From Balanoglossus misakiensis (taxonomy: Eukaryota; Animalia; Hemichordata), in assembly GCA_040954595.2 (NCBI GenBank), contig CM082595.2, positions 7,306,193-7,370,192 on the forward strand: a stretch of 64,000 nucleotides of DNA, in the 5' to 3' direction. The position numbers and the translations under genes are program-made. This document shows positions 1-11,768 of the stretch, piece by piece. Position 1 is the stretch's first letter. Every line of letters starts with the position of its first letter. Under the pieces are notes generated by a model. It had not been told where the DNA came from. It searched no databases and saw only the letters and a list, made by a program, of their open reading frames with translations.

Positions 1-2211
1 ATCAAAGGATTCGATGAGGAGAAATACAAATTGTACATGCAGAAATACTTCATTGGTAGGGAATCGTATGCAGAGAGCTTGATTGAAGAGGTTCAGAATT
101 TTCAGTTTGAGTTTGACCCAAATTTACTGTGCAGCCCGTTAAACATTTCGTTTCTGTGTGCTATATGGGAAGATGTTGCTAGCAACAGACAGAAAGAAAT
201 ACACTTTCCCCAGAAAATCACCGATCTGTACACTGAAATCTTTGAATGTGTCATCTCAAGGTTTTGTGAGCGTGAGGGCAAAGAGAGGGAACACGTTGAA
301 GATATTGTCACGTCTTTAGCCCGCGATACATACACTATTTGCACGAGAACTAATTTGACACAGAAGATCTTCAACTTTAATGATGAGGATGTTTCAAAAC
401 CCGAATCCTTAAAGCTAGGATTCCTAGTTGAGGACATAAGCATTTCGAAAACAAGACCTAGAAATATTTATTATTTTATGCACCGTACATGGCAAGAATA
501 TTTTTTGGCGTTGCATGTTAGTAAAGTGGTTGAAAGTGATTCAGGGGTTAGACGGTTTGTTGAAAAAATGATGGAATCCCCTGAAAATAATTCTCCGACG
601 ATACGATTTATGTCAGGTCTTCTGAAGGACAGGGCGCTGCCGTTGTTAGAAATATTCTCTGATGCTTTAACACGAGTGAGGTCTGCAGAGACATACGACG
701 ATTTTGAAAACGTCCGCATGGTTTCTTACTTGCTGCAATTCTGCTTTGAATGCCTTCATGAGTGTGGGCACAGTGGTCAATTTATGCCTGTAATCTCAAA
801 TGCAATCCCTCAAAGCGTTGGTGTAAATATCCAGTATGATTGTCCTATATTTTGGCAAGATTGGTCATTTATGTTTAACAATTTGGATCATCCACCTGTA
901 GTCATCAAATGCAACGCGAAGAGTTTTGTTGAGTTTCTTAACCTGGTGAAATTCCAGGGAGAGCAAGAAAGTATCGATGCTTCGAAAACCATCACTCACG
1001 TGGCATTGTTAATGAAAGGTAGAAATAAGGCCAATACAATCGAAGAACGTATGTTATCCAATATCGACAAGAAGAGTCCACTCGCAAAGATAACAGAGGT
1101 AACAACACAAAACAAAACCCTTGAATCAGTATCAATCATTAGCATTGACCCAAATATTGAAGACGTCATCAATATGGTCGAACACATAACTGCCTTTATC
1201 CCTCGGATGAAAAGATTGAAAGATTTTTTCTTTGGGTGTTTGCCAAGATATCAGCTGCCGCCAGCTACTAAAATAGCGAGGTTCACCGGCGAACCACAAA
1301 GAGATCGATTAAAAGACCGTCTGGCAGACATGGTCACAAGTGCAGTAACAATAGGTGTCAGTCGTGTTCGCTTAGCTCTCATTAATGTACAATCTTCTCC
1401 TAAAGCCATTCCTTTCGAGTTGTTAACAGAAAACGGACCAAGGGATTTGGGCGTATTTGTCCACTGCTCAGATGATCGTGCGAAAGATTTAGAGACGATG
1501 CTTGAATTTGTCAAAAACTCCAAAACGACAAATTCAGTAGACATACAGATTGTCTGTGAGGAAGAAGATTTGTATAACATGCCTAGTAAATTGGATCAAG
1601 CCTTCAAAAAAGTCAGTCCAGTCTTCAAAGCCGTAGGTTTTGGAATATGGAACTTAGGGTTTCTCTCGAACACATTGATGATTACTCCACATCGAGCGGT
1701 CCTTCCTATTCTGGCGAAGAATCGTCATTTAAGAGAAATGAGATTCGCATTGTCTGGTACCAAAGGTCTCTACGACGTGATCGCACCCTGCCATCTGGTA
1801 AATTCGCTTACGGTACTCTTTGATGAAGTCATAAATGGTGAGAGGTGGCATTTTGATAACATGGGTCGTGCGCTAGCTAAGACCAAAACTCTCAAAGAGT
1901 TTACATTGCGAATACTCAACAAAGACCATTGGAACAGATTGTTGCGTGAAGCACGTCCCGGCATGTGTATTCAGCCCGCCGTAGATAAAGTGATGGTGCC
2001 CGTCTGTGAATCAATGACCAGACGACATTGTAGTCTTTCGTCTGTAACTTATGATTGTGTAAGTCTCGATGACGTCGGTGAAATAAAAGATAAGATGAAT
2101 ACTGAAATCAGTAAACTTGAATCCATGTACCCTGCATTAAAATTGTCATACAAGCGGCATTGTTGGTTTTTGAATGAGTATAGGCATGTAATTTCTGTGA
2201 GCATTCTTTAG
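1..2211 (+). CDS. NACHT/NLR-like protein, C-terminal part (HD1, winged-helix, HD2 and degenerate LRR-like region); 5' end lies outside the window
   Basis: The frame is open from base 1 (IKGFDEEKYKLYMQKYF, matching the NLR 'I.GF...Y..KYF' motif). It also shows LCSPLNISFLCAIW (HD1 PL motif), TDLYTE, LGFLVE and YYFMHRTWQEYFLALHV (winged-helix FxHxTxQEYFxA), plus FMSGLL and FECLHEC (HD2). Stop TAG at 2209-2211; no introns in 2.2 kb. Confidence 0.85.
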   Translation: MKGFDEEKYKLYMQKYFIGRESYAESLIEEVQNFQFEFDPNLLCSPLNISFLCAIWEDVASNRQKEIHFPQKITDLYTEIFECVISRFCEREGKEREHVEDIVTSLARDTYTICTRTNLTQKIFNFNDEDVSKPESLKLGFLVEDISISKTRPRNIYYFMHRTWQEYFLALHVSKVVESDSGVRRFVEKMMESPENNSPTIRFMSGLLKDRALPLLEIFSDALTRVRSAETYDDFENVRMVSYLLQFCFECLHECGHSGQFMPVISNAIPQSVGVNIQYDCPIFWQDWSFMFNNLDHPPVVIKCNAKSFVEFLNLVKFQGEQESIDASKTITHVALLMKGRNKANTIEERMLSNIDKKSPLAKITEVTTQNKTLESVSIISIDPNIEDVINMVEHITAFIPRMKRLKDFFFGCLPRYQLPPATKIARFTGEPQRDRLKDRLADMVTSAVTIGVSRVRLALINVQSSPKAIPFELLTENGPRDLGVFVHCSDDRAKDLETMLEFVKNSKTTNSVDIQIVCEEEDLYNMPSKLDQAFKKVSPVFKAVGFGIWNLGFLSNTLMITPHRAVLPILAKNRHLREMRFALSGTKGLYDVIAPCHLVNSLTVLFDEVINGERWHFDNMGRALAKTKTLKEFTLRILNKDHWNRLLREARPGMCIQPAVDKVMVPVCESMTRRHCSLSSVTYDCVSLDDVGEIKDKMNTEISKLESMYPALKLSYKRHCWFLNEYRHVISVSIL

Positions 2212-3479
2212 AGTCTGTGATAACCTTATGACCATTCCCTCGCACTTGTGAATTTCTTTTCCAAATATTCTCTTGTGCAGAGGCTAAGAGAAATTCTTGT
2301 CATTCGGTCCGCAGGATATTCCGAGATATTCCGAGATAAGGTGACAGTGCGATTTGCTGTCATTTACTTTTGACTGTGCTGTATAAAGTAAAAAAAAAAC
2401 TAACTCATGGCAGGGTCAGACATAAAGTAATAAAACGCACAAATGTAATACAAAGGTCTGACCATTATTTGTGAATTGGATTGACTTTAACGTTTTAATA
2501 TGTGACTGTCCTACTTATAACTTATGAAATGTGCTTTTTATTTTCAAATGAAGTGTCTTTGCCCATATTTTAGTAAGATAATGTGATGTAGCAGACTTCT
2601 GACAACCTACAAATTGTTTTGTTCTCATTTGGTTTGCTTTCATGTGGGACAGGTCTGAAATCCACAAAACTTTACATAAAAAACGTAAGAAGAAGTGAAG
2701 ATAGAACTATTTACTGATATTAAGGTGCTACATTATTACATTTTCCACTGTAATGTTTGCAAAACTTCTATATAAATAGTGGTATGGCTGCTTCTGTTGT
2801 AGCACAGTTTGAACATGTTGTAAAGTGATAACATTGATTTAAACATTTTACAAGCATGTTTATATGTTTAACGTTCGACTTCTGCACCACAGTAGAACAC
2901 ATCAGCAGTGAATTATAATAAAGCTAATCTTTCAGTGTAACTTGTCGTCATCACATAGTGCCAGCATTATATAATTGTAAAGAAAGTAAACCCCACCACA
3001 CTTGCTACTTTTAGATGCAAGACATAACAAAAAACAAACAAACACATTTTCTAATTCCCTGTTGGACGTTGAATGACGTTGTCCACAACTATGTGTATGT
3101 GTTTACAGTAAACAAGACATTTTACACCACTTATTTTCATTTCATTTCCGACTATTATTTTATTTGGCATTGATGCTTTTGGGGGTAGTTCATTAGAAGC
3201 TCAATTTAGACTGATGTATTATTCAAATTGTCGTCTGTTATGTAATTGTGTTTTGGTGTACGCAAGTGTCAACTGGTTTCTGTTCTACAAATTTGCAATT
3301 ATCGTACACATATACAATTTATAGTTCATTGTTCAAATACATGTTTTCAAGATTATTTCTTTTTCAATTTTTCTCTTTTGTCATTTCCAATTGCTTTATA
3401 ACATTGATGTATTTGGGTTACTCCCCAAAACACTCGGGTGAAATAAAGACATTCATTGCTGGACTTCATGTGGCTTGAC

Positions 3480-4260
3480 TTGATTTGATATAACCACACA
3501 CACGATGAAGTATGGCTTCTGTATCGCGTCTTGAAGTCGTTCTCAGTTAGCCCAATGTACGTGTCTGAGGCTTTGTTGTCTTTGCGCGCGTTACTGTGGC
3601 TTGGTAGTTAACGTTGGGCTAACTGAGAACAACTTCAAGACGAGAAACAGAAACCACACTTCATCATTCCAAATCGCACGCTCGAGGAACTCCATCGAAC
3701 TCAGCAAACATATTTGGACTCTGAAGGACAACGACATCGCACACACTATTTCATGGAAAATCCTAGCCACAGCCAAGCCATATGACAGAGCTACCAAACA
3801 GTGCAAACTCTGCTTTACAGAGAAATGTATTATCATCCGCAACCCAGAACTTTCCACACTCAATGAAAGTAACGAACTTGGGTCCTCATGCCAACACCGA
3901 CACAAAGCATTGTTATGCAGTGTTATGACCCTGCCATTACTGAACACGGCCAACCTTGTAAAATATTATCTTGTGGGCCAGAGTTCAAAGAAACTCATAG
4001 TATGTTTTCCTTTTGTTCAAGAATCTGCTTAGAGAATTGGCTAAAAGGGAGGATGCAGTCTGACATATTGCCAGAATGGGAAAAATCTTTCAATTAGTCC
4101 TTGACCAAATTGGTGGACTTCAATCACAAATTCGCAGGATACCTATTTCTATATTTCAAGACAGAGATGCTAAGTGCTTGACTAAGATCTGTGACAAATA
4201 TATTGTTGCCCCTGCTAATGAAATGTTTGCATCCGTTAGCAAGAATTACTTGATTGATTA
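3480..4260 (+). mobile_element. Penelope-like retroelement remnant (GIY-YIG endonuclease region with an inverted partial duplicate, plus a probable RT-region fragment)
   Basis: ORF 3601-4032 reads VGLTENNFKTRNRNHTSSF...LSKHIWTLK...WKIL...CKLCFTEK...LN...CQH, typical of the PLE GIY-YIG C-terminus. The minus strand at ~3505-3565 encodes DTYIGLTENDFKTRYRSHTSS. 4076-4261 'DKYIVAPAN' resembles the PLE 'DKxVVVPADK' pre-RT motif. Confidence 0.7.
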
Positions 4261-4618
4261 ATAAGTGACATTGGAATAACAAAGATTTCCACTAACTCCA
4301 CTGAGGGTCTGGACCCTCTCTCGTTCGCAGATATTTGGCATTTCAATATGGTGCCTGGTACCCTTTACACTTTTCGTGCAGACATGCAAATTATTAGTCT
4401 TATCAAGACACTGCCGGACTGTGTGCGTAGTCAAGCATCAATATCTTGTACAAATCAAGTGTCAACCATAAAATTACTGACTATGCATACCACTACACAT
4501 GATATATAAGGCTTAGCCTTGAGGTCATGCAACAGGTTGAGATATCTTCAACATTCTTATTTCTCCAAAGTATACAAAGAAATCTCTGTGGAAAGGATTT
4601 GAGTTTTTACTCTCGTAA

Positions 4619-5317
4619 GGGACCGTTCAGTTTTTACGGCTGGGGGGGGGCGGCGGCAAAATCCAAGGGGTCACTTAAAATTTGAAATCCAAAAGTGGGG
4701 TCATTCGAAACGTTAAGGGGGGGTCACACAGTTGTCATTCTTCGCATTATTTCATTTATTGGCTGGTTTGTGTAGTGTACCAGGGCAGAGTACTTGCCAC
4801 CCCAACCCCGATGCTAACTTTGAGTGGCAAAAGTAAATCTTGTCCTCCCCAACATTGAGTTAATTTGCTTTTGAATTCATTAAATGCAACTTTGAGCACC
4901 GTATTTTACAACATTTTCTTATGTGGGAGGGGGATATCCACTCCCACACCCACCACTGCCACTTTTCTTGTTTTACCAATTCTAGCAACTATTGCATTGA
5001 CTTGTCATTTTAATTTATTTATAGATTTCTGTATTGCAACATTATACTATTATACATCATAATTATACATTTCTTAAAGGTGTGGGGAGCCTCTTTCCCT
5101 TTATAGCATACAGAGTACATAAGTTCGGGAGGGCGAGCAGGCTCTAGGAAACAAGTTTTTTCATCCACAAGTCCACAAGTAGTTGTGTAATATTTTCGGG
5201 GGGGGGGAGGTCATCATTTTTTGGTCCTGGGTAAAGGAGGGGAGTGGAGTGTCCGCCTAATTTTGAAAAACGATGACACAAACTTGCCGCCCCCAGCCGT
5301 AAAAGCTGAACGGTCCC
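4619..5317. mobile_element. Non-autonomous PIF/Harbinger-type DNA transposon (MITE)
   Basis: TIRs GGGACCGTTCAGTTTTTACGGCTGGGGG and CCCCCAGCCGTAAAAGCTGAACGGTCCC, flanked by a TAA duplication at 4616-4618 and 5318-5320. Confidence 0.8.
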
Positions 5318-6137
5318 TAAGGATGTATGTCTGACACGGACATTCAAAACTTTGTACATTGTAGTAAATGAGTTAATCGGTGTTGATGGTGGACTCACAA
5401 GGGGAAATAAAATCTGGTTGAGTGAACATTTGAATGTTTGATATATGTCTCAATTAAATAGGAGCAGTGAACATAAAACTGAATGAGACAAAACATAAAT
5501 GTATGGAAAATATTTTCTCATAATACAAAATTGGAGTGTAATGTGGTACGAAGAGGGCCAGTTTAGTTGATCTATTGGATGTATTTTTTATCTGCAACAT
5601 GAATTTTTTTGTAAAATTCAATATACTACTATTGCTAACTTAAAAATAATATATTTGGCATGCGGACAGGCAACCAGGTAGACACACACACACACACGTA
5701 GTATGAGAACCGTTTTAATTGTCAAATGAACCAAATATGTTAAAATCAACTTAAACTATCAAACCAAACCTACATGAGAAAATGAGGATATAAACTTATA
5801 CACTGGCAACACATAAAATGACAAACATTTCTCCTCCAATTATACTATTGATAAGCTAACGACACTGTGGGCATCTTATAAACAAACACCCCTCCTGAAA
5901 ACCAAACTGCAGATACGACAGGTGAGTACATTGTGAGAAATCGATTTTCAAACGTAAATTAACACAGATCATCCAATAAATGCACATTTACAGCAGAATT
6001 GGCACCCAAACAACATCATTAGTATACACACAAATCGGTACATGTATGCAAGCAGGCAAATAGACTTTCTGACACTGACTGATTCTGTGGAGGGGGGCTA
6101 ATAATCGAACAGTTGGTCTCTGAAACAGCTTTCATAC

Positions 6138-6139
<2 letters not shown>

Positions 6140-6173
<34 letters not shown>
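6140..6173. repeat. (TA)n microsatellite
   Basis: Dinucleotide run seen directly. Confidence 0.9.
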
Positions 6174-6176
<3 letters not shown>

Positions 6177-6780
6177 CGGAGTTGCTTTGTTTGATTACAA
6201 CAATTATTTGCTACTCGGAGTTTCGTGCATCTCATGCAGTCACCAGACAGCTAAATGCCAAATTCGTTACAAATACATTTGACATCTTTTCGAATACAGA
6301 AAAAATATAGTGCGCGGTATATTGAACTCAGAACTAGTCAGCAGTAATTTCCAAAAGTGTCGGCACGACGACAACAGTTCGTTTTGTTTGTTCAGAGGAA
6401 TGTTTTGTACTTATATGCCACTTAATTTCATAACACGCATATATAATCATTAATTAAATATGCAAATGTGCAGTCTATTGATTGCATAGTCTGCTCATAT
6501 AATTACATACGTCGGGAGTAACTACTAACTATCAATAATACATGCACAAATATTGAAAGAACAAAGTGCGGCGATGTCTCACACAAGATATCTTGAAAGG
6601 CCAGAAATGCTTGATAGACGCTAATTTGTGATATCAAGCACAACAAATACAACATAGAAGTCACACACCTATTTAAATAAAAGTCACAATACAGGCATAC
6701 AAAATATAGCAGGGCTTGGAGCTATTTTATTAGACTGTCATCTTTTATTCTTTTTCGATATACCGTCAAAGTTATGTATA

Positions 6781-6967
6781 CAGTAAAAGCTGTGCAAACC
6801 GAACCCTGTCTAATTTGGAAACCTGTCTATACAAATTATTTATCATGCTCCTTTTACTTAGAACAACATATTAAAAGATATTAAAAGATGTTCTATAATC
6901 TACGCCCCTCTGTAACAAGAAAATTTTCATCAGTCCAATTAGTTTTCGGTTTACACAGGTTTTACTG
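6781..6967. mobile_element. Tc1/mariner-pogo-type MITE (TA-CAGT...ACTG-TA)
   Basis: TA|CAGTAAAAGCTGTGCAAACCGAA ... TTCGGTTTACACAGGTTTTACTG|TA. Related elements at 23398-23569 and 60103-60257. Confidence 0.7.
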
Positions 6968-7092
6968 TACATCAGACATAAACTTTTGAAATATATTGAT
7001 ATGATATAGTTGTATGGTGTTGTCATTTTAGTATGTAGCTATCAAGTATGGTTTCTGTCATATATCAAACTTTAGTAGTTATTTAGCGTCTG

Positions 7093-7974
7093 TCATTCCA
7101 GTTTCTCGATGTCATTTGACTGGATTATTAGCTCAACAAGATCATACCATGGAAAGTCCAGAGCTATGATGCCATACCTGTAATTGTATTTGTTTGAATG
7201 TGCCTTTTTCCCCTTTAAAAATTCAAACAGGTTCTCATTGATGTTTGATGCAGCAACGTGTGGGAGGGGAGCCACCTTCGTCATCGGCATTCTCCCACAG
7301 TATACCAAGAACGCTTGTTGAATGTTTTCATTTGGATCAGAGGCTTTTTCGAGATGATCTCTTATACTGTCCCACTGCTTTCCGAGCGCGCTCTCTTCAG
7401 TTGTTGATGCATATTCGACATTAGCCTCTTGAACTGAACTGTATGGAATACCAGGAATCTCTTTGTAGCCATAACCATGGAAAATTAAGATTTTTCCACG
7501 AACGTCACAAAGTTTTACTGCGCAGGATGGTGCACCTTGGTATATAAACTTCTTAAGCGAAGCACGATTTAATTCTCGATTCAACGCCTCCACAAAGGTT
7601 TGAGTATTCCTCTCCGATATTCCTGTTTCACGAAATCGAAAGAGAACGACCTCGCTCTTGTGTTCGTTCAGAAATTGTGATGCTTCCATCAGGACACTGT
7701 CTATCAATGCAAATTGATATAGCAGGCCCTCATGAACTGGTATCAGATTATTGAATAGCCTACATCCGATATCGAAGAACCTGATGCCTGCCTGTAACTG
7801 CGATTCAATAGTCCAATGCTGGCATTCTTCTAGGGCGCCGTATGCATTCATGGAGCCACGTGTACCTGGTATAGTGAGGTTAGAGATGAGAAGATCACCA
7901 TCTATAGATTCCATCCAGTGTGGCCATGTTCCGGAAGGAATTGAACTCATGTAGTTAACCTGCTTGTTACCCAT
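7093..7974 (-). CDS. Bacterial-type phosphatidylinositol phospholipase C X-domain protein, probably catalytically altered; single coding exon
   Basis: WMESIDGDLLISNLTIPGT, CQHWTIESQLQAGIRFFDI, FLNEHKSEVVL, KLCDVRGKI and GIIALDFP...LIIQSN match the PI-PLC X family. First ATG at 7974 (MGNKQ...); a splice acceptor (ttgttctttgacccacccactcctcag) lies just upstream at 8034-8036. Confidence 0.85.
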   Translation of the reverse strand: MGNKQVNYMSSIPSGTWPHWMESIDGDLLISNLTIPGTRGSMNAYGALEECQHWTIESQLQAGIRFFDIGCRLFNNLIPVHEGLLYQFALIDSVLMEASQFLNEHKSEVVLFRFRETGISERNTQTFVEALNRELNRASLKKFIYQGAPSCAVKLCDVRGKILIFHGYGYKEIPGIPYSSVQEANVEYASTTEESALGKQWDSIRDHLEKASDPNENIQQAFLVYCGRMPMTKVAPLPHVAASNINENLFEFLKGKKAHSNKYNYRYGIIALDFPWYDLVELIIQSNDIEKLE

Positions 7975-10900
7975 ATTCACAGGTGCCAAACTTACACGAG
8001 TATGCGAGTGAGGTATAGTGAACAAGAACACCTCTGAGGAGTGGGTGGGTCAAAGAACAAGGGTCAAATGATCACCACTGTTAGCCTAATTCTGAACAGC
8101 TTCTGAAAGTCTGTCAATTACTGTTAGGGTATACATGATATACGGATGGAAATTGTCAGTTTCCTTCCCAATTCATGATATATTTACTTTACAAAAAGTG
8201 ATTTTATATACATATATTTGAAAGTATGGCATCTGAGGGTGTTGACTGAATCTGTTTCGAAATAAAAATATAAAAAAGTGTATGTTTAATACTAATATTG
8301 ACTGAGAGATATCATAAATTACCGCTGAAAACACAAAATCCAGGAGTAGATTACACTGTTTAAATGAAGTAAGTAGTATTGATGGTTTTCATAGCTTGCA
8401 TATCAGCCAAAAAACTCAGTATTACACCTCACGCTGTATTCCGTACCCTTGATTGGCTTAGACCGAACCAGATGAGATGGTTGACCTTAGGAAGGGTCTA
8501 TGCCCGCTGGGGACAGTTATGCGCATGAAACAATTTCGTTTCCACGTGTTCACCGTCTCATGTATCTATGCCTTCAAGAGCAACACTTTAACTTAACATG
8601 ATCAGTGGGATGATTTTATTTACTGCAAATGGATAGTAAACACATCGGTTGATCAAAATTATCCAAGTAGGCCTACAGCTAAAGTTCGATGGAGATCAGG
8701 ATCTACAATGGATGCAACCCTTATGGTATTACGACATCTTCTCAGTGCATACCACAGGACATTGTCATTGAAACAACAATGATGATTATAGACATATGCA
8801 ATAATTTGTTTTAATTTACACAAAACTTTGTTTTATTGAGAAATGTACGGAATGAGGATGGGCAAGGGAAACAAAACCACACAAAATATACTGGATGGTT
8901 TTGCGATACGAAAAATATGCCACATTTTGCCCAAAATTTTGTTTTAGATATTGGCTTAATTCTGACACGAAGAAAATAGATAGCTAATGTCACCACACAA
9001 GATGCAAAAAAGCTATATTGGATTTTGTGACACCACCTGTAATTAAAATGAGGATATAGAAACAAACAAATCTGGCGTTCGTTATTGCTCACTCCAGCAG
9101 TTGAATGAAGACGTCATCCTACCACCTATACTTATACCGTGTACATTCATTTAATATGCAAGTTAGACATAGCGTAATACAACACCAATATTCAGATCAA
9201 TGTTTGTGCTGATATACCACTAATTAAGATACACATACAAATGCATTAATTGACGAGAAATTGCGAAGTTTATATTAATATAGTACATTCATTGAATCTC
9301 TAGAAGGACTCTGAAAGAGATTTGAATTTGCTTTCCAGGACAATAATCTGATATTACATGTCACTACTGCTCGATTGCAGTAGCTGACACAACAGCATAT
9401 TCCCAGTTTATCACTTATTATCAACGTGAAGGTAAATTTGGAGGGTAAATTCATAAACGTCTTACATGGCCCAAGCATTCCGGTGGCTGAAAGTGTGTTT
9501 GTTCATGAGCCATTTCAATGTAACAGCCAATAACTGTTTATGACAACCACTCGACAGACGTGGAATTTTGCGTTTGTTCCTCTTTGGGTCCCATTGTTAA
9601 AAACAGTTGTGATTGCTACATGTTTAAAACAGCAGCGATTTAAAGATTATCAAGTTATAAATAATAACGACTGAACTTAGACACTGTAACCTTTGACATA
9701 TACACCGATCTGTTTGGTTGATTTAAACCTTTAAATGTGTGATGCGGTATGTTTGTTCGTAAACATGTTACTCTGTAGCAGCAAATTTATGCGCACGACA
9801 ACCACTTTAGTATATATGAAGAACTTATATTTGACTAGTTGTTATATGTGTCATATTTTAAGTCCATGGTCACAAATACCTCTAGAGGGTTGGAAGAGTT
9901 GGTTGGAGAGGGCGGGGGGGGGGGGGGGGGGGTTCTTGAAGTTTTAAAATGACTATGGGGTAAATACAACAATGTCAAATGTGTGCTATGTTTCTGAAGC
10001 TTACTCAGGACAAAAAAGAATCACATAATTTCTGTGTCACGAAAAATTAACAGTCTATTGCAACTAACATAATAAAACTATGTAGCTTATATATACACCT
10101 GAAGTATTAACAGAAGTTTTACTTTAGTCACAAAACAGCCGATTGTTGTTTTAATTGTGCGCGCAAAAAGTGGTATATATTACAGTTGATATGCAAATTA
10201 GTTTTAAAAAATCAGAACGTCTGTTTGTAAACATAGAACTCCATCGCCAGAGCTAGGTAATGATCGCCAAAACATGGGGAATCTTCAGTATTCTGGCTCG
10301 TCATAATATTATCCTTCCCAACTATCGTCAGAATAATATAACATTTAATTGAGAACACAACATTTACGAATATTTCTCGCTATCGCCTGTGTTCTTGCAT
10401 ATTGCCAATGCGATCTACTTTCCATGACGTAGGTTGGGTAATTTTGTCCAATGAATAGCCATCTCTGGGTTGCATTACCTCTGGCAACTCACAGTACTAA
10501 ATATCAAAACAATCGAAACTTTGTATTTCGTTAAATCTGAGGAAAATATGCAATATTCTTATACATCTGGCATTTTGGGCGTTTTGAAAGTCAAGTAACA
10601 TGCAACATAAGAACTAACGGAGATGTAAAATGTATAATAATAAGGTTATTACGAAAATACCCGGACATTAGCAGTATGATGAAAGTTGCATTCTTATCGA
10701 CAGGCACAGCGACTGCTATTGAGTCAATGGCAAACGTTGCAACAAAATAAAATTCAATATCCGTAGTTTCTTTTGCATAATAAAATATCCAAAATTGCAT
10801 GTCTCCATTGGATACTGATATTTATTCCATAAATACAATTAATAACCGAGCTTAAAGTATTCCAAAACTTCTTCATATTAGACAGTCAAAGAGAAAATGT

Positions 10901-11768
10901 CTACAAGTTTCCATACATTTACAATTGACACAGTCTGGTAACTGTACATTATTCCATTTCCATAAACTCTGATTAAGTGGTAATACTGAACATGTGTTCT
11001 GAAAAACTATTTTATAATTTATATGACTCTCCTAGAAATTTATTGCAATGTAAACTAACTATGTAATGTGAAAAGCTCTTTTAGAAAACCGAGACACCGT
11101 TTCGCTGACAATACGTTTCATATTGTTTTGTTAGAATGACAATTGGATGGTGAGACATACACTACTGTACGTCTGTCCTTTTAGAACTCAAAACAAACAA
11201 CTGCATGCTGTTTGTTCCGTATCAATAAAGTATATGATAAGACCCAATATCGTAGAAATAGACATATTTTATCACAGTTCCATACAAAATCATCAAAGTG
11301 GTATAAGTCACGTTGAAGCTAATAAATCAGAACAAGTGGAATTTACTGCATGAAAGCACAGTCATTCCCTCCACACAGGGAATGTGATGAAAGCAACTGA
11401 GATCAAAGACTAGTGGTGTTGATCTGATTATATCTGTAATGTTACATCATTTTGTGAGTAAATAATCAATTACACAACAACAGTGGCCATGCATGTACAT
11501 ATGTAACATTTGCACTGCCCATTTCCACAGACAACCTGCCATTTACATTTCACACTTGTGTTACAAAACTCCAACTAGACCTAGCAATGACATCAAGGAT
11601 TTTAACTTTGGAAGAAATGTTTTATTAATCCGCCTTGTTAGCAGAACACGCATAAAAATATCAACAAACGTAGAACTGAGAATTTCTAAACAAATCATTG
11701 TCATTTGAAAATTCGCATTCGAGTTTATAACAGTACATTGTTCAGAACTATAGTCATAGCTGCCCCTT

